Assembly: GCA_046758705.1 (NCBI GenBank) | Contig: JBHIAT010000053.1 | Location: 1 to 20,404 of the forward strand | Length of the DNA stretch: 20,404 bases | Source of the DNA: Candidatus Bipolaricaulia bacterium | Lineage (GTDB): Bacteria; Bipolaricaulota; Bipolaricaulia; JBHIAT01 | Direction of reading: 5' to 3' | Shown: positions 8,269 through 15,329 of the stretch, piece after piece | Position numbering within the stretch: position 1 is the stretch's first letter | Layout of the letters: each line of letters starts with the position of its first letter | Translations under genes and position numbers: made by a program | The notes under the pieces: model-generated | The model's database searches: none | Told to the model about the DNA's origin: nothing | The model's input: the letters and a program-made list of their open reading frames with translations, nothing else

Positions 8269-8871
8269 TTAGCCTGCGCTCACTGTTCCCGCGAACAGGT
8301 CCACCGTCACCGCAACGCGATTTTGGCCGTGGTAGTTGTTCAGGTTGTCTTGCTCTCCGTAGGCTAACAGCATCGTTTGTTGACCGGGTGTCAGGGCTGC
8401 GTCGAACTCATCTCCGGTGTTCAGCTTGCGAACGAACTCCAGCGTCGTGTCCGCTTCGGTCTGGATGGCCACGGCGGATTCAATATCGTCGGTGCCGCCG
8501 AGGAACGTGTCGGCCATGGGCGGGCTTATGGGGGATTGCTGGAAAGCGTCCAGGATATCGGTCTCCCCATCCTCGTCGTGGAAGAAGCCCAGGATCATGT
8601 CTGCATCTCGTTTTTTAAGCCCTGTTGAGGTAAAACCGATGCCCAGCCAGCCTGTGGTCGGCGCTTCCAGCGCAAACGTGATTGCGCCTTCCTCGATATC
8701 AACAGTCCAGTGGACCTTCATGTTTAGGTCCTCGTTAGTGTAGTGATGATCATACTCTCCGTCGTTGACGATTCCATCCACCACGGGACCGCCCTCATGG
8801 GCCAAGCCCCCCCAAGCCAGCATCAGGGCAGCCAACGCCGCCAATGTACCTAACGTGATTGTGCGTTTCAT
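8269..8871 (-). CDS. Secreted DOMON-domain protein (putative Met/His heme-binding)
   Basis: Signal peptide ending GLA-HEG. DOMON motifs TGWLGIGF, DADMILG, TTLEFVRKLNTGDEFD and LLAYG...NYHG; AGGAGG RBS. Confidence 0.85.
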   Translation of the reverse strand: MKRTITLGTLAALAALMLAWGGLAHEGGPVVDGIVNDGEYDHHYTNEDLNMKVHWTVDIEEGAITFALEAPTTGWLGIGFTSTGLKKRDADMILGFFHDEDGETDILDAFQQSPISPPMADTFLGGTDDIESAVAIQTEADTTLEFVRKLNTGDEFDAALTPGQQTMLLAYGEQDNLNNYHGQNRVAVTVDLFAGTVSAG

Positions 8872-8915
8872 CTTTGTCCTCCTGTATTTCGCCGTTGTAT
8901 GGCTTTGTTATCTTA

Positions 8916-8945
8916 ATTATCCCACCCCAGGAGGGGAGGGGTCAA
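8916..8945 (-). promoter_or_regulatory. Putative promoter of the DOMON-cyt b-ndh unit with CsoR-like operator copy 2 in its spacer
   Basis: Minus strand TTGACC (8945-8940), 18-nt spacer, GATAAT (8921-8916) with TGn. On the plus strand the spacer region reads TAT-CCCACCCCA-GG-AGGGGAGGG-GT, the same palindrome with 2 mismatches in the right arm. Confidence 0.7.
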
Positions 8946-9072
8946 TGACCTTAGTCATATCGGAGGGTGATCTATCTCATCGACCTATTCCACCACCGCT
9001 CTCACTTCCCTCTCCTGAGGTTTCGCACCGTGAACAGGTCATCGGAGAGCCCCGTGTCGGGTTTCATCTTCC

Positions 9073-11532
9073 TTACAGATCGCTACCCGCCGGGTGTAGC
9101 GTGCGCTCGATAGTCGGTGTCTTGAGATAGCGTGGCTTCCACAGCAGCGTCAGCGCCGGAAGCACGATCAGCGTGAACAACACGCTCACCAGCAGGGCCA
9201 GTGCGGTCAAGCCGCCCAGCAGCCGAATGTGCTGGCCGCCGGCTAACAGCAGCACCGCGAACCCTGCACCCACCGACAGCGAGTTGATCAAGATCGCCAC
9301 ACCCGTGGTCTGCAGGGTTTTGAGCAAGGCTGCTTGCTCATCGCCGGATCGTTCGAATTCCAGCCTGAAGCGGCTGGTGAAGTGGATCGCATAGTCAATC
9401 CCCAGCCCAATGGTGATACTGGCGACCATCGCGGTGAACGAGTCCAGGCCGATGCCGAAGTAGCCCAACACAGCGAAGTTCACCAGCAGGGTCAGCGCCA
9501 CCGGAACGATCCCCAGCAGCCCGGCTTTCGGCGAACGGAAGATCAAGATCAGCAGGATCGTGACCGCCGCCAAGGCGAGCAGGGTGCTTTCGATCTGCGT
9601 GGGCAGCAACTCCTTTTCCATCCGATCCAGCACCGGAGCGAGCCCGGTCAACTCGGCCGAGAGTGGCACGGTGCGCACGGCCTCCATGCCGTATTGGGCC
9701 TGCAAGGAGGCGTATTCTTCCGGACTGAGGGCTAACGTCGCCGCGGCCTGTTGAGCCTCCGGACGGTTCAGCGCCTCACGCGCGGCTTCGGACACTTGAG
9801 TCACATCGACCACAATCAGCTCGCGGGGCAGGCGATCCAGGAAGGCGTCCGCCGCCTCCACCGCCCGGCTGATGACGGCCGTGCCCAGCGAGGCCACCTT
9901 GGCCTGGATCAACGCCTCCTGGCCATCTGTGCGCACCATCTGATCCAGGAAACCTTGTCCTCGGAGCAGGAGCCACAGGTTGTTCACCTGGTCACGATCG
10001 GCCGGCACGGCAAATCGACCGGTCAGCGCTCCATTCATCTCGGCCAGGATCGAGGCGATCGACGTGGCCTCGCTCACGTTTGGCAACGTGTTTAGATAGC
10101 GCTCTATCGTGTACATGGTCTCAAGAGTGATCGGGTCCTGGATATCGCCCTTGACCGAGATCAACAGGGGCAACGAACCGCCGAACTCGTCGCGCAGCAG
10201 CATCTCGGCCTGGTAGGGTTTGCTGCCCCGCGCCAGGCACAGCGACCAATCCACGTTCATCACGATGCGGGGAATGCCCACCGCGAGCAACGCCACCAAG
10301 CCTACAGTGAGCAGCGCCACCGCGCTCGGTCGCCGGTAGATCAGCCTGCCCAAGCCGGCCATGATGCGGCTTTCTCCTCGGCTGCTGCGCGGCTTCTGGG
10401 CATCATCGTCAGCCTTCGAAGCGGACGTTCGTCCTCGGCCGAACGACAGTCCCGCCGGGATCACGATCAAGGTAGCCACCAGCGCCAAAAAGATCCCCAG
10501 CGAGGTGACCCAACCGAACGTCCGAATGATGTCAAAGTCCGAGATGGCCAGCGAGCCGAACCCGATGATCGTGGTGATCGACGTGAATACGATCGGCGCA
10601 CCCAATTCCTTCATAGTGATTTGGACGGCCTCGCGGTGTCCGGCCCCGTCCGCATGTGCTTCGTAAAAGCGCCGCATAAAGTGAATGCCGTCCGCCGAGC
10701 CCATCGCAATCAGGATCACGGGCGCGATCCCGACGAGCATGTCGATAGGACGACCCAACAGTGCCAGGATGCCCACCGTCCAAACCACGGCCAACAACAC
10801 CACAACAAGCGGCACCAACACCCCGCTCAGGCGACGGAAGCTCAGCGCCAACACGCCGACCAAAAGCAGAATGATAAGCGGCACGAGGAAGAACAGGTTG
10901 TCCATGATCAATCCCGTCATGGAATAGACGAGAAACGGCATCCCGCCATAGTAGATATTCTCGGTGTCCGGCGCGATCTGTTGGGTGATTTGATCGATCC
11001 GGTCGGCGACGTTGAAGTGGTTGGCTTGCGGTGCGAGACGGAGCAGGATGACGGCCGTTGTGCCCGCTTGGTTGATAATCGTGCCGACGTACATCTCCTG
11101 GGAGAGCACGTAACGTCTGAGCTGCTCTAATGTTTCAGGGGTGTCCAGGAAGGGTTTTCCTTCGAGCAGCATGCCCACCCTGAGGCTGCCATCATCCGCC
11201 TTTTCGAGGGCGACCACGTTGATCAGGCTGGTCGCCGAATCCACCCCATCGATGGTCCCATAAGCTTGGGTCAGCTGATCGATCAGGGTCAGATTTTCTG
11301 TTGTGAAGACGTCGTCGGTCTTGACGAGCACCATGCCGATATAGTTGGACTTAAACACCTCATCCACGCGGTTGAACTCCTGGACGAGAGGGCTGTCTTG
11401 AGAGAGATACGTGGAGAAATCGCCGTTCAGCTCGGTCCTCATCACCCCAATCCCCAGGAGCACGGTGAGCACCAGGACAGCTATCAGCAGGGGTGCCCGC
11501 CGGCGCAGCACGAAGTTTGTCAGCGTTTCCAT
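9073..11532 (-). CDS. MMPL-family (RND superfamily) transporter
   Basis: Two repeats of 1 TM, a large soluble loop and 5 TM, with motifs MGSADGIHF and GLGIDYAIHF. Start moved to ATG 11532 because GTG 11544 lies in the RBS. Confidence 0.9.
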   Translation of the reverse strand: METLTNFVLRRRAPLLIAVLVLTVLLGIGVMRTELNGDFSTYLSQDSPLVQEFNRVDEVFKSNYIGMVLVKTDDVFTTENLTLIDQLTQAYGTIDGVDSATSLINVVALEKADDGSLRVGMLLEGKPFLDTPETLEQLRRYVLSQEMYVGTIINQAGTTAVILLRLAPQANHFNVADRIDQITQQIAPDTENIYYGGMPFLVYSMTGLIMDNLFFLVPLIILLLVGVLALSFRRLSGVLVPLVVVLLAVVWTVGILALLGRPIDMLVGIAPVILIAMGSADGIHFMRRFYEAHADGAGHREAVQITMKELGAPIVFTSITTIIGFGSLAISDFDIIRTFGWVTSLGIFLALVATLIVIPAGLSFGRGRTSASKADDDAQKPRSSRGESRIMAGLGRLIYRRPSAVALLTVGLVALLAVGIPRIVMNVDWSLCLARGSKPYQAEMLLRDEFGGSLPLLISVKGDIQDPITLETMYTIERYLNTLPNVSEATSIASILAEMNGALTGRFAVPADRDQVNNLWLLLRGQGFLDQMVRTDGQEALIQAKVASLGTAVISRAVEAADAFLDRLPRELIVVDVTQVSEAAREALNRPEAQQAAATLALSPEEYASLQAQYGMEAVRTVPLSAELTGLAPVLDRMEKELLPTQIESTLLALAAVTILLILIFRSPKAGLLGIVPVALTLLVNFAVLGYFGIGLDSFTAMVASITIGLGIDYAIHFTSRFRLEFERSGDEQAALLKTLQTTGVAILINSLSVGAGFAVLLLAGGQHIRLLGGLTALALLVSVLFTLIVLPALTLLWKPRYLKTPTIERTLHPAGSDL

Positions 11533-11603
11533 GATGACATTCACCCTTTTAGGAAACGATCTAAAGCATCAATCCACGCTTACAACACCGTCGTCATAAC
11601 CGC

Positions 11604-12329
11604 TCATTTCGACACTTCACCGGACTTTCGCTCGCCCAAGGGACAGTGGGCCAAGCACCGATGCCACTCGTCCCGGTGTGTCGTATCCAAAATACCGATT
11701 TCGTAGAAGACGTGGGCCACCTGCCACAGGTCGCCCACCGTGTAATCGATCCTCTCAGCTGGTTCCCTACGTCCGTTGACCCACACTGTCGTCCAACCCC
11801 GCTCCGCAGCAGGGATCAGGTTGATCCGTGAATCATCGAGTAGCATCAGTTCCCTGTCGCCCACGCCAAGGTGTGCCACCACCCGTTCATAAGTCGTCGG
11901 ATCGGGCTTCCCGCGATAGTTCGAGAATTCCAGCGCAAACACCTTGCGGAACCGGTCTGCTATTCCCAACACCGTCAGCACGCGCTCGGCGTAAAACTGA
12001 GGCGCGTTGGTAAACACGCACTTGTCCACGTGGAGGCAATCCAACAGGCAACCCAAATCCGCATCCTGTTTCAGATAGTCTTCGACGGGCAGGTCGTGCG
12101 CGTAGGCGAGAAACTCCACCACGTCCACGTCGTGGTGCAAGACCAGCCCCCGCGTGGTCGAGCCGTAGCGCTCGTTATATGCCTTACGCAGCGTTTGCGC
12201 CTGTTGGGGGGGGACCATCCCCAAGTGCTCGACCATGTACTGGATCATGCGTTGTCCCAGTGCCTGCATCAGCCCGGCAGCGGGTGGATAGAGCGTGTCG
12301 TCCAGGTCAAACAGCGTATAGCGGATCAT
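11604..12329 (-). CDS. HAD-superfamily hydrolase, pyrimidine 5'-nucleotidase-like
   Basis: LFDLDDTLYP, YGSTTRGL, VFTNA, GKPDP and LLDDSRINLIPAAERGWTTVWV. ATG 12329 overlaps the upstream stop codon (ATGA). Confidence 0.9.
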   Translation of the reverse strand: MIRYTLFDLDDTLYPPAAGLMQALGQRMIQYMVEHLGMVPPQQAQTLRKAYNERYGSTTRGLVLHHDVDVVEFLAYAHDLPVEDYLKQDADLGCLLDCLHVDKCVFTNAPQFYAERVLTVLGIADRFRKVFALEFSNYRGKPDPTTYERVVAHLGVGDRELMLLDDSRINLIPAAERGWTTVWVNGRREPAERIDYTVGDLWQVAHVFYEIGILDTTHRDEWHRCLAHCPLGERKSGEVSK

Positions 12330-13732
12330 GGCACTCCTCGTTGCAAAGCCACAGTCTCTGAGTAGCGGGGAAGATGCGTCTTCCAATTCAGTTGCTCTCG
12401 GATACGTTTTTGAAATGCCCGCGCTGCCTGAGGATCCCCGTGGACGATGAACGTCTGGCGTGGCGCCGTTTCAAAACCGGACAGCCAGCGCAGCAATTCG
12501 TGATAATCCCCGTGAGCCGACAGACCATCTATCGAGGCGATTTGCGCCCGTACAGGGACAGGTATCCCGTGGATTTTGATCTCGTTTGTGCCATCGACGA
12601 GCGCCCGACCACGCGTGCCCTGAGCCTGATATCCCACGAACAGCACGGTGTTCTTCGGATCGGGCAGGCGATGCTTGAGGTGGTGCACCACGCGGCCACC
12701 GTTGCACATCCCGCTGGCCGAGATGATGATCATCGGGCCGGGTGCGTCATTGAGCCATTTGGATTCATGCACTGTGCGGGCGAAATGGGTCTGGTGGCAT
12801 CGCAACGGGCATTCCTTCTCGTCCATGAGCAAGTTCACGTTCAGGTTGTGCTCGTCACCGAAGCGGCAATAGATAGCGGCCGCGTCGATGGCCATGGGGC
12901 TGTCCAGATAGACCGGCAGGTCCGGGATGCGCTTTTGATCCTGAAGCTTGCGCAGGTAGTAAAGCACCTGCTGCGTGCGGCCCACGGCGAAACTGGGAAT
13001 CAACAGGGCACCGCTCCGTTCAACCGTCGCCGTGACGACTGCGGCAAGCTGGTCTTCCAGCGGCTCTCGGGGATGTTCGCGGTCGCCGTAGGTCGATTCG
13101 ACGATCAAATAGTCCGCACGAGCCACGGATGCTGGGGACCTCATGACTTCTTGGTCGTAGCCGCCTAGGTCTCCGGAAAACACCAGTTTGAGTTGCTGGG
13201 TGCCGACAGAGACGTCGCATTCCAAGATGGCCGAGCCCAGAACGTGACCTGCAGGACGCATCGTCACGGTCAGCTGCTCATCGATGGCAACGGGCTGCTC
13301 CAGCTTCACGGGGCGGAGCGATTCCAGCGACCGAACCGCTTGGTCATACGTGTAGAGGGGCAGTGCTGGCTTGTATCGCGAATAGCCCTTCTTGTTGGCA
13401 TAGCTCGCCTGCTCCTCCTGCAGATAGCCCGAGTTGGGTAGGAGTAACGCCAGGAGTGCGCGGGTCGCTTCGGACGCGTATACCGGGCCTGCAAAGCCCG
13501 CGTTGATTAGTTTGGGTAAGTAGCCCGAATGGTCGATATGAGCATGTGTCAACACAACAGCGTCAAGCTGTGTTGGATCGATAGGAAGGCGGTCCCAGTT
13601 GAGCTGCTCCAGCTCCGGCGGCCCTTGAAAGATTCCGCAGTCGATCAGGTAATTCTTAGCTCCGATCGAAAGCCAGTGCTTCGATCCGGTCACCGTTCGG
13701 GCTGCGCCGAGAAACGTCAATCGCACGTTCAT
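12326..13732 (-). CDS. MBL-fold metallohydrolase with beta-CASP domain (Ysh1/CPSF-like ribonuclease family)
   Basis: FLGAARTVTGS, LIDCG, LTHAHIDHSG, AGHVLGSA, FSGDLG, VESTYGDREH, FAVGRTQ, SASGM...HHL, LSAHGD and FIVHGD. Confidence 0.94.
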   Translation of the reverse strand: MNVRLTFLGAARTVTGSKHWLSIGAKNYLIDCGIFQGPPELEQLNWDRLPIDPTQLDAVVLTHAHIDHSGYLPKLINAGFAGPVYASEATRALLALLLPNSGYLQEEQASYANKKGYSRYKPALPLYTYDQAVRSLESLRPVKLEQPVAIDEQLTVTMRPAGHVLGSAILECDVSVGTQQLKLVFSGDLGGYDQEVMRSPASVARADYLIVESTYGDREHPREPLEDQLAAVVTATVERSGALLIPSFAVGRTQQVLYYLRKLQDQKRIPDLPVYLDSPMAIDAAAIYCRFGDEHNLNVNLLMDEKECPLRCHQTHFARTVHESKWLNDAPGPMIIISASGMCNGGRVVHHLKHRLPDPKNTVLFVGYQAQGTRGRALVDGTNEIKIHGIPVPVRAQIASIDGLSAHGDYHELLRWLSGFETAPRQTFIVHGDPQAARAFQKRIREQLNWKTHLPRYSETVALQRGVP

Positions 13733-13744
13733 CAAATCTCCTCC

Positions 13745-14431
13745 TCAGCGTTCAGAAGAGTCGCCGTCGTGTTCATCTCGCTCGTTCCTCAGTGTTGAAC
13801 GACCGAAGCGTGGAAAGAATGTTGGCGTGATCGCGGCATAGCGGACGTATTCCTCGCCAAATTCTGCCAGGGCTTCGCGCTCCTCCCGACGGGCCAGCCG
13901 GACGTACATCGTTACCAATATAGGCAGCATGGTCAGCGTGAGAAGCGTCGGCCACTGGAGCAGGAATCCGAGCATGATCAGCACAAACCCGGCGTACTGC
14001 GGATGGCGCAGGCGTGCGTAGGGACCAGTGGTGGCGAGCTGCTGCGTGCGTTGTGCTTTGTAGAGCACCTTCCAGGCGGACGCCAGCAGGATGAACCCGC
14101 CGGCGATCAGTATGTTGCTGAGCAGATGGAAGGGGTACAGGTGTGGATCACCCTTCCAACCCAGCAATGTCGACCAGAGATGTCCAGCGTTATGAGAGAA
14201 TAGGTCAATCCCGGCGTAGGAGTTGCCCAGCCACCCGGAGAGCAGATAGATGGTCAGTGGAAATCCATACATCTCGGTGAAGAGCGCCATCAAAAAAGCG
14301 GAGAATGCGCCGAAAGATCGCCAGTCGCGGGTGGTGCGCGGACGCGTGAAGCTGAAAGCGAAGATGATGAACACCGCTGCGTTGATCGCGACCAACGGCC
14401 AGAGACCGTAGGCCGACAGTTCTGGACTCAT
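13745..14431 (-). CDS. Isoprenylcysteine carboxylmethyltransferase (ICMT/PEMT-like) family membrane protein
   Basis: AYGLW...RDWRSFGAFSAF...LFTEMYGFPLTIYLL, LATTGPYARLRHPQY and REEREALAEFGEEY. This subfamily is often found near copper ATPase genes. Confidence 0.9.
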   Translation of the reverse strand: MSPELSAYGLWPLVAINAAVFIIFAFSFTRPRTTRDWRSFGAFSAFLMALFTEMYGFPLTIYLLSGWLGNSYAGIDLFSHNAGHLWSTLLGWKGDPHLYPFHLLSNILIAGGFILLASAWKVLYKAQRTQQLATTGPYARLRHPQYAGFVLIMLGFLLQWPTLLTLTMLPILVTMYVRLARREEREALAEFGEEYVRYAAITPTFFPRFGRSTLRNERDEHDGDSSER

Positions 14432-14467
14432 CGTTTCCCTCCCTTAGGACGCTGACTGTTGTGACCC

Positions 14468-15055
14468 TCAGCGTTGAAAATGCCAGCGCATCTCATCAGG
14501 GTGCTTTAACCGCTCCAGCACCTTGAGCTCGATCTGACGGACCCGTTCCCCGCTCAGACCCACAATCTTTCCGACCTCCCTGAGCGTCTTCGACTTCCCA
14601 TCCACCAACCCGTAACGCAGTTCCAGGATCCTGCGCTCCTTGTCGCTCAACCGGCTGAGCGACCGATCCAGATCCCGCCTCAGCAACTCCTCAAACCCCT
14701 GTTCGCTTGGAGACGGAGCGTGGTGATCCTCGATGAACTCAACAAACAACTCGTTCCCGTCATCGCCGACCGGTTCGTCGAGCGAGGCAATCTGCCGGGG
14801 AACTCGTTCGATAGCCTGTAGACGCTCCACCGGGGTCTCCAACTCGTCAGCGAGCTGTTCAGGGTCAGGGGGCTGTCCATACGCCTCTAAGTGAGCTTGT
14901 TTCGTTCCCTCGACCTTGTTGATCTCTCCGATGATGGTGGAGGTTTGGTGGGCACCGATATCGGCTCGATCGATCAGCAGGATTCTGCCGCTGAGATGGG
15001 AGGCGACGCTCAACCCGGCGAAACTCGCTCCGGCGATCACCACCTCGTAGTCCAT
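14468..15055 (-). CDS. Chimeric ORF: 40 N-terminal aa of the FAD oxidoreductase fused in frame to sigma70 regions 3-4 (possible pseudogene)
   Basis: Residues 1-40 (MDYEVVIAGASFAG...HQTST) are a Rossmann start, and 14936-14990 is identical to 20350-20404. The remainder aligns without gaps to the sigma gene at 18499-18962. ORF is uninterrupted with an AGGAGGT RBS. Confidence 0.85.
   Translation of the reverse strand: MDYEVVIAGASFAGLSVASHLSGRILLIDRADIGAHQTSTIIGEINKVEGTKQAHLEAYGQPPDPEQLADELETPVERLQAIERVPRQIASLDEPVGDDGNELFVEFIEDHHAPSPSEQGFEELLRRDLDRSLSRLSDKERRILELRYGLVDGKSKTLREVGKIVGLSGERVRQIELKVLERLKHPDEMRWHFQR
14473..14936. repeat. Direct repeat, copy A (sigma 3' half); partner is 18499-18962
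   Basis: Offset 4026 bp. By manual count, 14473-14786 has 2 mismatches in 314 bp and 14787-14936 has about 38 mismatches in 150 bp. Confidence 0.95.
14936..14990. repeat. Direct repeat, copy A (oxidoreductase 5' part); partner is 20350-20404
   Basis: 55/55 identical up to the window edge; offset 5414 bp. Confidence 0.95.
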
Positions 15056-15089
15056 GATCGGACGACCTCCTCTCTTCGAGGGTGCTCCT

Positions 15090-15113
15090 ACCCCACCCCA
15101 GGTGGGGTGGGGT
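15090..15113. promoter_or_regulatory. CsoR/RcnR-like operator palindrome, copy 3
   Basis: ACCCCACCCCA-GG-TGGGGTGGGGT: perfect 11-bp inverted repeat just downstream of the -10 box. Confidence 0.8.
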
Positions 15114-15120
15114 CACTCAT

Positions 15121-15149
15121 ACTATACCACATGATCGGCCGTTTGTCAA
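15121..15149 (-). promoter_or_regulatory. Sigma70-type promoter of the chimera-ICMT-MBL-HAD-MMPL unit
   Basis: Minus strand TTGACA (15149-15144), 17-nt spacer, TATAGT (15126-15121) with TGn. Homologous to the promoter at 4975-5003, including the spacer. Confidence 0.85.
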
Positions 15150-15244
15150 GTGAGCACATCACGGCAGGATGATGTAGACGACGCTGACGCTTAAGTAGCC
15201 CGAGTGGCCCACAAGATGAACCTCGGCAGGAAAGGGGTGATTAA

Positions 15245-15271
15245 GTCCGAGTGATGGGGCAGCACTCGGAC
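15245..15271. other. Stem-loop downstream of the phosphomutase gene (possible weak terminator)
   Basis: GTCCGAGTG-N9-CACTCGGAC perfect 9-bp stem; followed only by TTAA on the minus strand. Confidence 0.4.
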
Positions 15272-15329
15272 CATGTAGCCGTGCAGGCTGAGTTAGCCGC
15301 TTACCGGATCGGTCCGGCCTGGTGAATCT

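Noticed and set aside
8960-9070. Loose similarity between 8984-9025 and 5014-5063 (CCTAT...TCTCA..TCCCTCTCC..GAGG.TTTCG) and a 5-bp palindrome ATGAC-N4-GTCAT at 8945
   Set aside because: The alignment needs several gaps in low-complexity pyrimidine-rich sequence, and the palindrome is too short to support.
4945-15113. G-rich palindromes as G-quadruplexes, CRISPR repeats or IS ends
   Set aside because: Too few long G-runs per strand, no regular spacers, and no transposase or target duplication; their position at promoters explains them.
15228-15325. Plus-strand SD-like sequence followed by a 23-codon ORF (MGQHSDHV...)
   Set aside because: No promoter, motif or other support; SD spacing is poor.
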